Shown: positions 43,442-52,830 of the stretch, in pieces
Numbering within the stretch: the first letter of the stretch is position 1
Layout of the letters: every line of letters starts with the position of its first letter
Origin: a virus
Lineage: Duplodnaviria; Heunggongvirae; Uroviricota; Caudoviricetes
Reading direction: 5' to 3' (one strand)
IMG/VR virus record: IMGVR_UViG_2595698869_000001
Coordinates: 107,214-171,213 of that record
DNA length: 64,000 nucleotides
Notes under the pieces: generated by a model
Told to the model about the DNA's origin: nothing
Databases searched by the model: none
What the model saw: only the letters and a program-made list of their open reading frames with translations
Position numbers and translations under genes: made by a program

Positions 43442-43758
43442 CAGCGGTTGTTCTCCAGGTCCCAGATGCGGTTGCGCAGTTGGCGGATGGTCTCTTCCAG
43501 GTCGCGGACCTTGCGATAATGCTGGTCCTCGGTCTCCTGGGTGTTGCGCTTGTAGCGCCGCTCCCGCTCGTCCATCTCCGTCTGGAGCGGATTGGGGATC
43601 ACGTCATGACCGTGGGCCATGCCGTAGTTCTCGAACGAGCCCTCGATCCCCTCGGCGATCCCCTGGCGCTTTTCCAGTGGGATGCCGTTCCAGAGGTCAA
43701 AGAGGCCTTCGGCGTCAAACGAGGCGTCCAGGCTTTCGAGCCAGTAATCAGTCGCCAC
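43441..43758 (-). CDS. hypothetical protein
   Basis: High GC3, acidic. Confidence 0.45.
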   Translation of the reverse strand: MATDYWLESLDASFDAEGLFDLWNGIPLEKRQGIAEGIEGSFENYGMAHGHDVIPNPLQTEMDERERRYKRNTQETEDQHYRKVRDLEETIRQLRNRIWDLENNR

Positions 43759-44131
43759 GATGCACGCCCTCCCCGGCCCGGACGCATTGGATCGGGCCTC
43801 CGTCGCCCTCTTCGGTGTAGCGCACGAGACTGCCGGCCTTGATCAGCATCTGGACCGTCTCGTCGCTGACCGTAACGTCGCGCCCCGGCGGGCTCCAGGA
43901 GCGGCCGTCATCCATCAGGATCAGACCTTCGCGCCGGATCGCCAGGGACATCGCCTGGGCCGCGCGCTGGGCGGCGCTGGTCGCGCCCTCGACCAGGACC
44001 TTGAGGTCCTCGATCGGGAAGCACTCCAGGAACCGAGTGCGGACCTCCAGGCGCTCGGCCGGCGGCAGGCGCATGATGTCGCCCACCAGGATGTCGGCGT
44101 ACTCCTCGGCGGTCTTGGGGGCGTCGGTCAT
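43748..44131 (-). CDS. hypothetical protein
   Basis: ATGA coupling. Confidence 0.45.
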   Translation of the reverse strand: MTDAPKTAEEYADILVGDIMRLPPAERLEVRTRFLECFPIEDLKVLVEGATSAAQRAAQAMSLAIRREGLILMDDGRSWSPPGRDVTVSDETVQMLIKAGSLVRYTEEGDGGPIQCVRAGEGVHRGD

Positions 44132-44385
44132 GACTTGAGGCTCTGGCAGGCGAACGTGATCACGTCGCCGAGGGTGTTGAAATCCTCGGGGAACTGGACC
44201 GGCTCAGGGACGGCGAAGTCCTCCTCCAGGCACATCATCAACTCGATGATGTCCAGGCTGTCGAGGCCCAGATCATCTTCCAGCCGTAGCCCCTCGTCCA
44301 TATCGTCGAGGGTGTACGACCGGTCGGTGATCGCATGGGCGTAGTCGAAGGTCGCCGCCTTGATCTCGTCGCGCGTGAAGGTCAC
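44128..44385 (-). CDS. acpP: Acyl carrier protein
   Basis: DLGLDSLDIIELMMCLEEDF matches ACP phosphopantetheine-attachment motif (DSL); 85 aa acidic. Confidence 0.6.
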   Translation of the reverse strand: MTFTRDEIKAATFDYAHAITDRSYTLDDMDEGLRLEDDLGLDSLDIIELMMCLEEDFAVPEPVQFPEDFNTLGDVITFACQSLKS

Positions 44386-45116
44386 GGCTCTCCCCCTGGT
44401 GTCGTTTCGGCGCTTCTAGCCCTCCCAAGCAGAGCCGTCAACACATCAGCGCCACGCCAGACCCAGGATAGGCTCAGAACGAGGTCGCGGTCCTCATAGG
44501 CGGCGCTGCGCCCGGTGATCACCTTGATCGCCGAGAGCGGGCCAAACCGCCAGAAGACGACCGTGCGCGAGTCGTTGCGGCCGGGCAGGTGCTCCAGCAG
44601 CACGCGACGCTTGATCGCGAGGTGGCGCTGTTCCTTGTGGAGGACCAGGGCGATCTTGCATGTCGGATCGGACCCGAACCACCGGCGCCAGTAGCCCGGA
44701 TTGTCGATGTTCTCGTAGAGCCGGCCGATCCGTTTGCTGACCGGGCGCAGGCCCGGCTCGCGCCGGCGCACGCTGAGCGGCGGGAACGTGCAGGGCGGCC
44801 ACTCGGCGAGCAAGCTCTGGCGCAGCCGGCGAAATTCCCAGGCCGGCATGGCGTTGTCCTTGGTGTTGTTGCACGCCACGCAGGCCGCCGCCAGATTGCT
44901 CTCGTGGTTCGATCCGCCCTCGGCCTTGGCCTCCAGGTGCTCGATCGTCACTTCGTCGGGCTCCAGCTTGCCGCCACCCCGGCCGATCCGCCGGCGATAG
45001 GCCATCTGCCCCGTGCAATAGGTGCAGAGGCCGCCCGCCTCCAGGAAGAGGCGGTGGCGGCGGTTCGGCGCGGCGGGCGGTAGCGGGTCCTGGACCAGCA
45101 CCTCAGATGAGGACAT
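44382..45116 (-). CDS. HNH endonuclease; ORF reads through the downstream promoter
   Basis: CTYCTGQMAYRRRIG...HLEAKAEGGSNHESNLAAACVACNNTK; last ~30 codons have low GC3. Confidence 0.55.
   Translation of the reverse strand: MSSSEVLVQDPLPPAAPNRRHRLFLEAGGLCTYCTGQMAYRRRIGRGGGKLEPDEVTIEHLEAKAEGGSNHESNLAAACVACNNTKDNAMPAWEFRRLRQSLLAEWPPCTFPPLSVRRREPGLRPVSKRIGRLYENIDNPGYWRRWFGSDPTCKIALVLHKEQRHLAIKRRVLLEHLPGRNDSRTVVFWRFGPLSAIKVITGRSAAYEDRDLVLSLSWVWRGADVLTALLGRARSAETTPGGEP
44386..44444 (-). promoter_or_regulatory. Cassette promoter variant (GTGTTGACG)
   Basis: GTGTTGACGgctctgcttgggagggCTAGAAGcgccGAAACGACACCAGGGGGAGAGccGTG. Confidence 0.5.
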
Positions 45117-45549
45117 AGCCGTCCTTGCCGTTGTCGAAGATCAGATCGGAGAAGCGCAGCGTCTCCAGGGCGGTGTTGAAGGCCGCCTCGGAGCCACCCA
45201 CCCGCGCCCAGACCGTGCGTCCGCCCATGACGACATGGAAGAGGTCCGGCGCCGTCTGGGAGCGCACCACCGAGGCGGCGTTGTCGACCAGCACCCGATA
45301 GGCCGCGCCGGCGACCGTCAGGCGGTCGCGCGTGTCGAGCAGGCCCAGACCCCGCAGGTCGGCGAGATAGTCGCTCAGCCCCTGCACCGTGACGCCGGCC
45401 GCCAGGGCAAGCGTGGTCGGGTTGTTGTTGGCGCCCAAGGCCTTAAGGACCTCGACCCGGCGCAGGATCGCCTCCTCGCGGGTCTCGACCTCGATCTGGT
45501 CGTCGGTCTTCTGGGCGCCCTGAATGGTCTTGCGCAGCGGTTGCAGCAT
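45103..45549 (-). CDS. hypothetical protein (148 aa)
   Basis: AAGGA SD. Confidence 0.45.
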   Translation of the reverse strand: MLQPLRKTIQGAQKTDDQIEVETREEAILRRVEVLKALGANNNPTTLALAAGVTVQGLSDYLADLRGLGLLDTRDRLTVAGAAYRVLVDNAASVVRSQTAPDLFHVVMGGRTVWARVGGSEAAFNTALETLRFSDLIFDNGKDGYVLI

Positions 45550-45558
45550 GGTCGATCC

Positions 45559-45942
45559 TTAACGAATGAGGCTCCAGGCCTTTTGGGTTTTGCCGTAGGG
45601 TTCGGGGAAGATATAGCCTCGGTGGTGGAGGTCGGCCAAGATCGCCTCGGTGTGCGGAAGGTAGGCCTCTTCGCTCCCGGTATAGGGCGTCTCCTGGTTC
45701 CTGGCTCGCCAGAAGAGGCGGTGGTTCAGCCGCAGAGCCGTGCGCTCGAACGCTCGGCGCGGATTGATCTCGCAGGCCAGGATGTGGCAAATCCAGCCCG
45801 CCTCGGTGTGGCGCACCCGCCCGCCCTGCAAGGCGAAGAAGCCCTCGTCCTTAAGCGCCATGAACTCCGCCTGGAGTTCCGGCAGGAAGCGCACGAGGCG
45901 CCCGAACGCGTCATGGAAGACGACGACGCGGCGATCATACAT
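45559..45942 (-). CDS. hypothetical protein (127 aa)
   Basis: High GC3. Confidence 0.45.
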   Translation of the reverse strand: MYDRRVVVFHDAFGRLVRFLPELQAEFMALKDEGFFALQGGRVRHTEAGWICHILACEINPRRAFERTALRLNHRLFWRARNQETPYTGSEEAYLPHTEAILADLHHRGYIFPEPYGKTQKAWSLIR

Positions 45943-46294
45943 CGGCTTGATAGCCCAGGAACGGGCGCAGAAAGCCCATCAGGTCCTTGTCGATGCGGAT
46001 CGCCTTGAGTTCCGAGCAGCGGGCGTTCTCGGCGACGGTGCGTAGCCACTTCGCCCGCTCGTAATAGGTCGGGGCATGATCCCACCAGCGATAGCTGCTC
46101 TGGCGGATAGCCTCGGCTTCCTTCTCGGTCGGCGGGCGTCGCTTGAAACGCCACCACGGCCCGTCCTGGACAGTGTCCATCGTCATGATCTTGGCCAGGG
46201 TCTCGTTGCGGGTCGCATTGCCCAAGGCCTGCGCTTCCTCGGCCGCCTTGAGAGCGGCTTCGAGCAGGACGAGGCGATCGACTTCGGCGGACAT
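45935..46294 (-). CDS. hypothetical protein (118 aa)
   Basis: Real tail of ORF 45935..46606. Confidence 0.4.
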   Translation of the reverse strand: MSAEVDRLVLLEAALKAAEEAQALGNATRNETLAKIMTMDTVQDGPWWRFKRRPPTEKEAEAIRQSSYRWWDHAPTYYERAKWLRTVAENARCSELKAIRIDKDLMGFLRPFLGYQADV

Positions 46295-46296
46295 GC

Positions 46297-46566
46297 TCAC
46301 TTCAGCTTCTCCCCAATATAGACGTCCAGGAACCGCGCTTGCGCATCCTGGTCCTGGAACATCCAGATCGCGTACTTGGTGCGCGGGAACGGCTGGCGGA
46401 AGAACTCCACCGGGCCAAGGAGGTCCTTGGCGCCGTGCGGCGTCGGCGCGACCAGCGGCGTCTTGACCACGAACGGGAAGCGTTCGAGGCGCTTGATCAC
46501 CGCCATCGAACAGTCGCGCTCGCGCGTCGTCTTTTCGGGCAGGTCGCGGGTCCAGGTCGTGGTCAT
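46297..46566 (-). CDS. hypothetical protein (89 aa)
   Basis: TGATG coupling. Confidence 0.45.
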   Translation of the reverse strand: MTTTWTRDLPEKTTRERDCSMAVIKRLERFPFVVKTPLVAPTPHGAKDLLGPVEFFRQPFPRTKYAIWMFQDQDAQARFLDVYIGEKLK

Positions 46567-46865
46567 CAGGCTTGCACCTCGAAGGCGTTGATCTTGTGGG
46601 CGTCATACCACCAGCGCCGGCCCTGGCAGGCCTTGCAGGTGACGTCGTCCCAGCCCTCGGCGAAGGCGAGGGGCTTGAGGGTATGGGCCGGCACCGTCTT
46701 GATCGTCGAGCGCACCCCGCCGTTCTTCAGGTAGGCGGTGCGGCCATGGACCGTCTCGGGCACGGCGATCGTCTTGTCCGGCGACCAGCGATTGCAGACC
46801 GTGTAGCGCCCTTCGCCGCTGTTGCGGAACGGGCGCGGGGCATGGGCGGTGGCGGGCTTAGACAC
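46566..46865 (-). CDS. hypothetical protein (99 aa)
   Basis: High GC3. Confidence 0.45.
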   Translation of the reverse strand: MSKPATAHAPRPFRNSGEGRYTVCNRWSPDKTIAVPETVHGRTAYLKNGGVRSTIKTVPAHTLKPLAFAEGWDDVTCKACQGRRWWYDAHKINAFEVQA

Positions 46866-47016
46866 GGGCCTTCTCCGAGGTCCGGATGATCAGGGCGACC
46901 AGCAGGATCGCGATGATCACCGCCGTCGTCATCGGAGGCTGGCGATTGTAGCCGTCGATGAAGCCAAGCACGGTCCCCGCCAGCATCGCCGCCCCATAGG
47001 CGCTCCAGAACTTCAA
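46858..47016 (-). CDS. tiny membrane protein (TTG start)
   Basis: GAGGAG + 8 nt + TTG overlapping TGA; one TM helix. Confidence 0.3.
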   Translation of the reverse strand: MKFWSAYGAAMLAGTVLGFIDGYNRQPPMTTAVIIAILLVALIIRTSEKARV

Positions 47017-47600
47017 GCCTCGATCTCCTCGAACCGCCCATCCATGAATTCGGCCTCGCGCCGACCCCACATCTGGCCCTCGGCGTCGAGGTAGGTCAGC
47101 AGGGTCTCGTCATCGAGCACCGGGGTCTCGCACTGGATGCGGATCGTCCCGACCAGGGCGTATTCGCCGCCGCGCTTCCTGTGGCGGAAGCGCCGCATGC
47201 CGCGCGGAAGCTCCGCCAGGAAGGCCTTCAGGGCGTCCGCCACCTTGGCGACGCCGTGCGGGAAGTGCGAGCCCGGCCCGCGCACCCATTGATAGATCGT
47301 CGCCAGGGCGAAGCGCCCGGCGGCGATCTCGCCCGTGGGGTCCTTGCGGATCATGTCCGGCGCGTAGTCTTCGAGATAGTTCGTCCCGAGGATCGCCATG
47401 CAGCGGGCCTCCTCCACCGAGGTCGGCAGACGCAGGTGATCGCGATCCAGGCGGTCGGCCTCGGCGAGCGACTTGATCACCCCGACCAGGATCGCCGCCT
47501 TCTCGGCGTGCCACTGCCGTCCGCCCGGCTCTGGGGCGCGCTCGGCGTGGTAGAGGTGGTAGTCCAGTATCTCGTGGACGTCTTCGCTCTGTCGGGACAT
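47013..47600 (-). CDS. hypothetical protein (195 aa)
   Basis: First gene after promoter 47653. Confidence 0.5.
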   Translation of the reverse strand: MSRQSEDVHEILDYHLYHAERAPEPGGRQWHAEKAAILVGVIKSLAEADRLDRDHLRLPTSVEEARCMAILGTNYLEDYAPDMIRKDPTGEIAAGRFALATIYQWVRGPGSHFPHGVAKVADALKAFLAELPRGMRRFRHRKRGGEYALVGTIRIQCETPVLDDETLLTYLDAEGQMWGRREAEFMDGRFEEIEA

Positions 47601-47661
47601 AGGGTTCCTTCCGTTGTCGTCACCCGCGACACTAGATGGTCGGAGGTGTGACTGTCAACAC
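47601..47661 (-). promoter_or_regulatory. Cassette promoter + leader
   Basis: GTGTTGACAgtcacacctccgaccaTCTAGTGtcgcgggtGACGACAACGGAAGGAAccctATG. Confidence 0.5.
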
Positions 47662-47662
47662 T

Positions 47663-48178
47663 TCACGTCAGAGCTAGACGGCGACGATAGAACAGGCGCC
47701 GGCCGTTGAAGAACAGACGGATGCGGAATTCCTCGTCGAGGGTCCCGATGTCGAGGCTAAAGCCCAGGAGGCCCAGGCTGACATAGGCATGGCGCCCGAA
47801 GCTCCCCGGAATGGCGTCCATGCCGCCGGCGACGAACCGGATGAGCCAGAGCCAGCCCAGGTCGAATCGCTTGAAGCCCTGCCATTCGATCGAGCGCCAG
47901 GAGAAGCCGCCGCCCAGCAGGGTGATGTCGATGTCCAGGTTCCAGCCGTCGGCCAGCGGATCGCGGCGGCGGTGGTAGCGCAGGCGAAAGAAGCCGCCGT
48001 CGAGGTCGAAGTTCGGGATCGCGCCAAAAGCCAGACGGCGCAGACGCGCCAGGACATAGCCGACCGGGAAGATCACCAGGGCGTAGAGACTCAGGAGGAA
48101 GACCAGGGCCACGGCGCACCACAGGCCATGCCAGAAGAACCCGAGCATCATCCCAAGCTTTGGCGAATGGTCGGGCAT
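47663..48178 (-). CDS. membrane protein
   Basis: AAGGGGA SD; N-terminal TM helices. Confidence 0.5.
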   Translation of the reverse strand: MPDHSPKLGMMLGFFWHGLWCAVALVFLLSLYALVIFPVGYVLARLRRLAFGAIPNFDLDGGFFRLRYHRRRDPLADGWNLDIDITLLGGGFSWRSIEWQGFKRFDLGWLWLIRFVAGGMDAIPGSFGRHAYVSLGLLGFSLDIGTLDEEFRIRLFFNGRRLFYRRRLALT

Positions 48179-48180
48179 GG

Positions 48181-48819
48181 TCAGGTCCCCTTGGCGAAGT
48201 CACCGGCCCGGCCGATGACATGGAAATAGGCGTAGGCCTCGCCGGGCGTATGCCGGTCGCGATTATCGACGACCGGGAGGTCCTCGGCGTAGCGGGCGAA
48301 CCACGCGGCCTTGCGCGCCGCCCAGGCGGCGGGGTCCTCGTCGTGATCCCAGCCGAACAGTCCGCGCCCGTTTTCCCGACCCTTGCGCAGGTGGGCCACT
48401 GGCTGGTTGGTCCCGATGTAGCGGGTGTAGGCCTCGGGCGCTTCGCCGTGCTGGGTCGGGCGGCCGTCGTCATGGTGGTCGACGAAGGCCAGATCGTTTT
48501 TGGAGAGGTCCTGGGCGATCCAGCCGCGACGGTCCTTGACGAAGGGATCGACCAGGATGGTGATCTCGCGATAGATGTTCGCGCCGACGATCATGGCCCA
48601 GGCCTCGTTATCGGCGCGTTCCTTGCCGCCATCGCGCAGGGAGATCAGGTAAGCGCAGCCGTCCTGGATGGACTTGCCCTCCAGGAGGGCCGCCCAGTTC
48701 ATGCAGATGTCGCCCCACTTCTTGGCGGCCAGGACATCCCAGGCGGTGCGCTGCTTGGCGTCGCGCTCGTAATAGACCCTGGCGGCGTCGCGCAGGTGAT
48801 CGGAGAAGGTCTGGGTCAT
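48181..48819 (-). CDS. hypothetical protein (212 aa)
   Basis: ATG one nt after upstream TAA; track ORF starts at TTG 48858. Confidence 0.45.
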   Translation of the reverse strand: MTQTFSDHLRDAARVYYERDAKQRTAWDVLAAKKWGDICMNWAALLEGKSIQDGCAYLISLRDGGKERADNEAWAMIVGANIYREITILVDPFVKDRRGWIAQDLSKNDLAFVDHHDDGRPTQHGEAPEAYTRYIGTNQPVAHLRKGRENGRGLFGWDHDEDPAAWAARKAAWFARYAEDLPVVDNRDRHTPGEAYAYFHVIGRAGDFAKGT

Positions 48820-48820
48820 G

Positions 48821-49474
48821 TTAGTAGCCGTCCCCCTTGGCGCGATTGAGTTGGTCAAGGACGCGTTCCGCCTCCTCTTCTTTCCGCCAGCGGCCTTCGA
48901 TGGTTTTCATCTTGGCGGCGGCCTCCAGGTGACGGGCGGCCTCCTTCAGCTTCGCCGCCTTGGCGAGAAGCGTCTGGGTCGCCGTCTTGTCGCCGACCAT
49001 GACGAATTCGTCGATGATCTCGCCGGTGCGAATGTCGATGATGCGGAACTTTTTGGGATAATCCCGTTCGCACGGATCGGTGTTGGCGAGATAGTCGCCG
49101 CGCGCCCTGGCGTCCTTCAGCGTGCAGCCGCCGGAGTGATCATACCAGACGGCCGACTTGGTGTAGTTCCGCCCGTAACCCTGGAGGACATAGACCGGCA
49201 GTTCGGTCTCGCCATCCTCGGTCGCGACCTGCCCGGCCATCGTCTCGGGATAGACCACGAGGCCGGTGCGAATGTCGATCACGCGCCAGGACCCTTCGTC
49301 GCCGGGGGTGAAGACGGCGCAGTTAGGCTTGGCCTCTTCCAGCGTCGCGAACGACGAATGGCGCTTCCAGGACCGAGACGAAGCGGGGATGTGTGGGCGA
49401 TCGCCGTAGTAGCGGTTGTTCGGCAGGGGATAGAACCCCTGGAGCCAGTACGGATCGTGAGCCAGCGCGCCCAT
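48821..49474 (-). CDS. hypothetical protein with internal duplication (IDIRTG...)
   Basis: TGATG coupling; repeat VIDIRTGLVVYPETMAG / IIDIRTGEIIDEFVMVG. Confidence 0.5.
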   Translation of the reverse strand: MGALAHDPYWLQGFYPLPNNRYYGDRPHIPASSRSWKRHSSFATLEEAKPNCAVFTPGDEGSWRVIDIRTGLVVYPETMAGQVATEDGETELPVYVLQGYGRNYTKSAVWYDHSGGCTLKDARARGDYLANTDPCERDYPKKFRIIDIRTGEIIDEFVMVGDKTATQTLLAKAAKLKEAARHLEAAAKMKTIEGRWRKEEEAERVLDQLNRAKGDGY

Positions 49475-49767
49475 CAGTCGACCTTCGGTTCGCGCTTGAA
49501 GCGGCCGTTCTCGTCATAGCGGTCCGGGTTGGCGCCGGGGGCGTGGAAGCCCGCCATCGAGCCGATCTCCATGGCCGCGCGCTGCGCCGGCGTGACGCCC
49601 ATGCGCTGGTTCATGGCGGTGACGGCGGCCTCGCCCTGGACCCCGTAGTCGGTCGCGTAGTAGCCGGTCTCATCCTTCTTCAGGATGACCGTCTCGCCCG
49701 TCTCGATGTTGATCGAGTAGCAGAGGTCGGGCAGGGCCGCGAGATTGATCTGGCGTTGGGTCAGCAT
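49474..49767 (-). CDS. hypothetical protein
   Basis: First gene after promoter 49820. Confidence 0.45.
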   Translation of the reverse strand: MLTQRQINLAALPDLCYSINIETGETVILKKDETGYYATDYGVQGEAAVTAMNQRMGVTPAQRAAMEIGSMAGFHAPGANPDRYDENGRFKREPKVD

Positions 49768-49828
49768 GGAGGCCTCCTTGTTGTCGTCGAGGATGGCTTC
49801 TAGCCGGCCCAGGTCACGTTGTCAACAC
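49768..49828 (-). promoter_or_regulatory. Cassette promoter + leader
   Basis: GTGTTGACAacgtgacctgggccggCTAGAAGccatcctcGACGACAACAAGGAGGcctccATG. Confidence 0.55.
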
Positions 49829-50142
49829 TCGACAGCCAAGTAGACGTTGCGACGCGGCTCATAGGGGAGATCGTTGGCGATCGCCATCAGCCAGCCAGCG
49901 TGGCAGCGCTTTGGAGCGCAGTGGCAGACGAGGTGGAAGCCCTTGAAGTTGGCCTTGACCCAGGCGACGAACGCCTCGTCCTTGGACTTCAGGGCGATGT
50001 ACTTGTCGATCACCGTGTCGCGATCGCCATCCTGACCGATGCGGAACTCGTTGCCCGCCGGGGTCCCTCGGCCGACGTACTTGGACATCGGCGGGAGATG
50101 GCCTGGGAACTCGCTTCGGCTGAGAACGCGCAGTTCGATCAT
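49822..50142 (-). CDS. DUF4326-like protein (candidate)
   Basis: YVGRGTPAGNEF...LVCHCAPKRCHAGWL motif. Confidence 0.4.
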   Translation of the reverse strand: MIELRVLSRSEFPGHLPPMSKYVGRGTPAGNEFRIGQDGDRDTVIDKYIALKSKDEAFVAWVKANFKGFHLVCHCAPKRCHAGWLMAIANDLPYEPRRNVYLAVEC

Positions 50143-50783
50143 GCCGCCCGGCTCTCCACGTAGTCGGCGAGGATCGCCAGGGTGTCCTCGGCCGAGGTGT
50201 GGAGGATCGAGAAGCCCCCAGCCCGGTTCCAGGCCACGCAGTTGGCGACGCGGTCGTCGATCAGGATTTGGTGGTCGGAGTGCTTGCGGTGCATGAATTC
50301 CTGCTTCTTGGCCGAGGTCGTGCAGATGAAGCGGTGGTCCTCGATCCGGATGCGATCGGGCACCATGCCGGCCACGGCCTCGTCCCCGGAGAACATCTTG
50401 GCGAACGCCTCGGGCAGAAGCGTCTCCTCGATCCAGCGCCGCTTGCCATAGGCCGCGCCCAGCCAGTAGGGGTGGATCAGGAAGTCCTCGTCCGTCGCCC
50501 CGAACTTGGGCGAGGCGGTCAGGATGATCGGATCGGCCTCGAACACCGCCGTGTAGAGGTCGACGGCGCCGGGCATGAACGGCAGGGTCTCGAAGAAGTT
50601 CGTGCCCTCGATCTTGCGGTACATCCCCTGCTTCCAGAGGTTGGCTTCGTCGTCCATCGCGTGGCTCGACTTGTTGTACTCGGGATCGGGCTCGAACCCG
50701 AGCCGGCGGATGCCCTCGTCGAAATCGGCCAGGACGCCGTCCATGTCGAGATAGATGGCGAAGTTCTTCAGGTTCATGGTCAC
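50139..50783 (-). CDS. HAD-superfamily 5'(3')-deoxyribonucleotidase-like
   Basis: Motif I IYLDMDGVLADFDEG (DxDGV); ILIDD motif. Confidence 0.55.
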   Translation of the reverse strand: MTMNLKNFAIYLDMDGVLADFDEGIRRLGFEPDPEYNKSSHAMDDEANLWKQGMYRKIEGTNFFETLPFMPGAVDLYTAVFEADPIILTASPKFGATDEDFLIHPYWLGAAYGKRRWIEETLLPEAFAKMFSGDEAVAGMVPDRIRIEDHRFICTTSAKKQEFMHRKHSDHQILIDDRVANCVAWNRAGGFSILHTSAEDTLAILADYVESRAA

Positions 50784-50980
50784 TCCGGAAATTGCGCGTG
50801 CAGCCCCATGGCGATGCGCGCCAGTTCGTAGGCGGTCTTGGTCTCCAACTCGCGGGTCGGCGTGCGCTCGATCTTGAGTTGGTCGCTCATCATGTGGATG
50901 GCGTGGATGATGTCGCTCTTGCGCCTCTTCTCGTAGTAGCGGTGCGACGCGGTGGCGCGGATTTCGACGATCGCCATCAC
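50780..50980 (-). CDS. hypothetical small protein
   Basis: ATGA coupling. Confidence 0.4.
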   Translation of the reverse strand: MMAIVEIRATASHRYYEKRRKSDIIHAIHMMSDQLKIERTPTRELETKTAYELARIAMGLHAQFPE

Positions 50981-51339
50981 AGGGCTCCCGCGCAGGCCAG
51001 AGCCATCGCCCAGCCGCGCTCGGTCGGCTCGAAGCGGGCGATTGGCCCCTTGACGTTCGGATCGTCGGAGAAATGCGGGTCGAGCCAGCCCTTGTTGGCG
51101 TGGATCACCTCGTCGAGCGAGCGCGCCTCATAGACCAGGATTTTGCGGCCCTCGTAGTTGAGGGCGTCGGGGTACATGATCTCGACCACCGTGCAGCGGC
51201 CGACCTCCTGGCCCCGGATGAGCCTCCAGCGCGCCGGGTCGGGATCGCCCGGCGTCAGCGTCACGGGAGACTGCCCGCCGGAGAAAAGCCGCATCTTGCT
51301 GGGCTCACGCGCCGAGCGTCCGGTCGAGAACAATCGCAT
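50977..51339 (-). CDS. hypothetical protein
   Basis: Real tail of ORF 50977..51426; GGGTGGGG SD. Confidence 0.4.
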   Translation of the reverse strand: MRLFSTGRSAREPSKMRLFSGGQSPVTLTPGDPDPARWRLIRGQEVGRCTVVEIMYPDALNYEGRKILVYEARSLDEVIHANKGWLDPHFSDDPNVKGPIARFEPTERGWAMALACAGAL

Positions 51340-51346
51340 CCCCACC

Positions 51347-51733
51347 CTAGTCTCCCAGGCCCTGCATGGCGTTGTCGCGACTGTCCTCGGCGTCGGGCCG
51401 AGACGCCAGGGCCGCCAGAAGGTCAACCGAGAGGTGGCGGTTGTAGATCGCCACGCCCTTATACTTGAAAAGCTCGCTGGCTTCGTGGATCAGAGCCCGC
51501 TCAACCGCCGCCCAGGCCGTCTGGACGATCTCGGTGTCGGTGGCGTAGTAGGAGAGCTTCCACTTGCGCCCCTTCCACATCTCCGGCTCGCCGGTGACGG
51601 TGTTGACCCCGTCCTTGCAGACGATCTGGAGCCAGACCTCGGTGCGGCTGGTCCCGAGTCGGAACTCGAAGCCAGGATAGCTCAGGCGGTCGACGATGGT
51701 GCGGATCGATTGGGCGCTGCGACGATTCGCCAT
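51347..51733 (-). CDS. hypothetical protein
   Basis: High GC3. Confidence 0.45.
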   Translation of the reverse strand: MANRRSAQSIRTIVDRLSYPGFEFRLGTSRTEVWLQIVCKDGVNTVTGEPEMWKGRKWKLSYYATDTEIVQTAWAAVERALIHEASELFKYKGVAIYNRHLSVDLLAALASRPDAEDSRDNAMQGLGD

Positions 51734-51735
51734 GC

Positions 51736-52197
51736 TCAGGGCCTCGACTTGATCAGCTTCTTCTTGCGTCGGGGCGGGCGCGGCGCGAGCGGGAAGCCGT
51801 GATCCGCGTACACGGGTTCGGGCGGCGGGGCGGGGAGGTCCGCCGGGCGTTCTAGGCTAAAGGCGTCCGCGTCGAGGTCGTAGATCGACACCCGATCGCT
51901 GTAGCCGTAGCGGTTGTCATGGTAGGTGATCCCGACGTCTCCCAGGCTGGAGACCATGATCACCCGGCAGGCCTTGCCCTTGTAGCGGCCGTAGAGCTTC
52001 GGCATGAAGCCGGCCTCCTCGATCGCCAGGGTCTCGGTGGCGTTGCCGGCGTTCAGCGCCAGGAAGCCCCGCACGATGGCCGGCAGCTTGTAGTCGCAGA
52101 TCGCGCGGCTGTTGCTGACCTCGTAGGGCATGCCGATCTTGCCCTCCATCAGGGCGCCCAGGACCTCGGCGTCGCTCAGGGTTTCAGTCTCGGCCAT
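51736..52197 (-). CDS. hypothetical protein with Pro/Lys-rich tail
   Basis: AGGA SD. Confidence 0.45.
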   Translation of the reverse strand: MAETETLSDAEVLGALMEGKIGMPYEVSNSRAICDYKLPAIVRGFLALNAGNATETLAIEEAGFMPKLYGRYKGKACRVIMVSSLGDVGITYHDNRYGYSDRVSIYDLDADAFSLERPADLPAPPPEPVYADHGFPLAPRPPRRKKKLIKSRP

Positions 52198-52453
52198 AGG
52201 TGATCCTGTACGGGAGCCCGCCGACGCAGATTTTCCCGCGTCGGCCGTCGGCGGTGGTGAAGCGGAAGCCCTGGCGGTTCTTGGTGCCGGCGCAGGACCA
52301 CCATGCGCGGTGGAAGCTGACGACCTCGGCGCCGGTGGCGCGCTCGACCAGATGTCGAGCGTGACGCCCCTCCCAGGTGTAGGCCCAGACCCCGATGGCG
52401 AAGAAGACCAGAGTCAGGGAGCCATAGACGGCCCCTTTGACATAGTCCTCCAT
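52184..52453 (-). CDS. hypothetical small membrane-anchored protein
   Basis: One TM; TGATG coupling. Confidence 0.4.
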   Translation of the reverse strand: MEDYVKGAVYGSLTLVFFAIGVWAYTWEGRHARHLVERATGAEVVSFHRAWWSCAGTKNRQGFRFTTADGRRGKICVGGLPYRITYGRD

Positions 52454-52830
52454 CAGGCCGCCACGAGCCCGGTGATCACGTCGGTGACGATGCGGCGTTT
52501 CTCGGCCGGCATGCCCGCCAGCGCCAGGATCGTCTTGGCGCCGATCTCGGCGACGGCGGTCTCGACGTCGGCCCGGCCGTCGGTCAGGAACGCCGGATCG
52601 TCGACCGGCGGATAGAAGTGCCCGATGTCCTTCTTCAGGAACTGGGCCGCCTCGTAGAGCTTCGAGGACGAGATGCGGTTGTGCCCGCGCTCGTATTTCT
52701 GGACCTGCTGGAAGGTCACGCCGATCGCCTCGGCGAGTTGGCCTTGCGAGAAGCCGGCCGTCTTGCGGGTGTCGCGCAACTTGCGCCCCACATAGACGTC
52801 GACGGGGTGCGGGGTCTTGTCGTCAGCCAT
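52453..52830 (-). CDS. XRE-family HTH transcriptional regulator
   Basis: FSQGQLAEAIGVTFQQVQKYERGHNRISSSKL HTH_XRE core; GGAGGAAG SD. Confidence 0.55.
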   Translation of the reverse strand: MADDKTPHPVDVYVGRKLRDTRKTAGFSQGQLAEAIGVTFQQVQKYERGHNRISSSKLYEAAQFLKKDIGHFYPPVDDPAFLTDGRADVETAVAEIGAKTILALAGMPAEKRRIVTDVITGLVAA

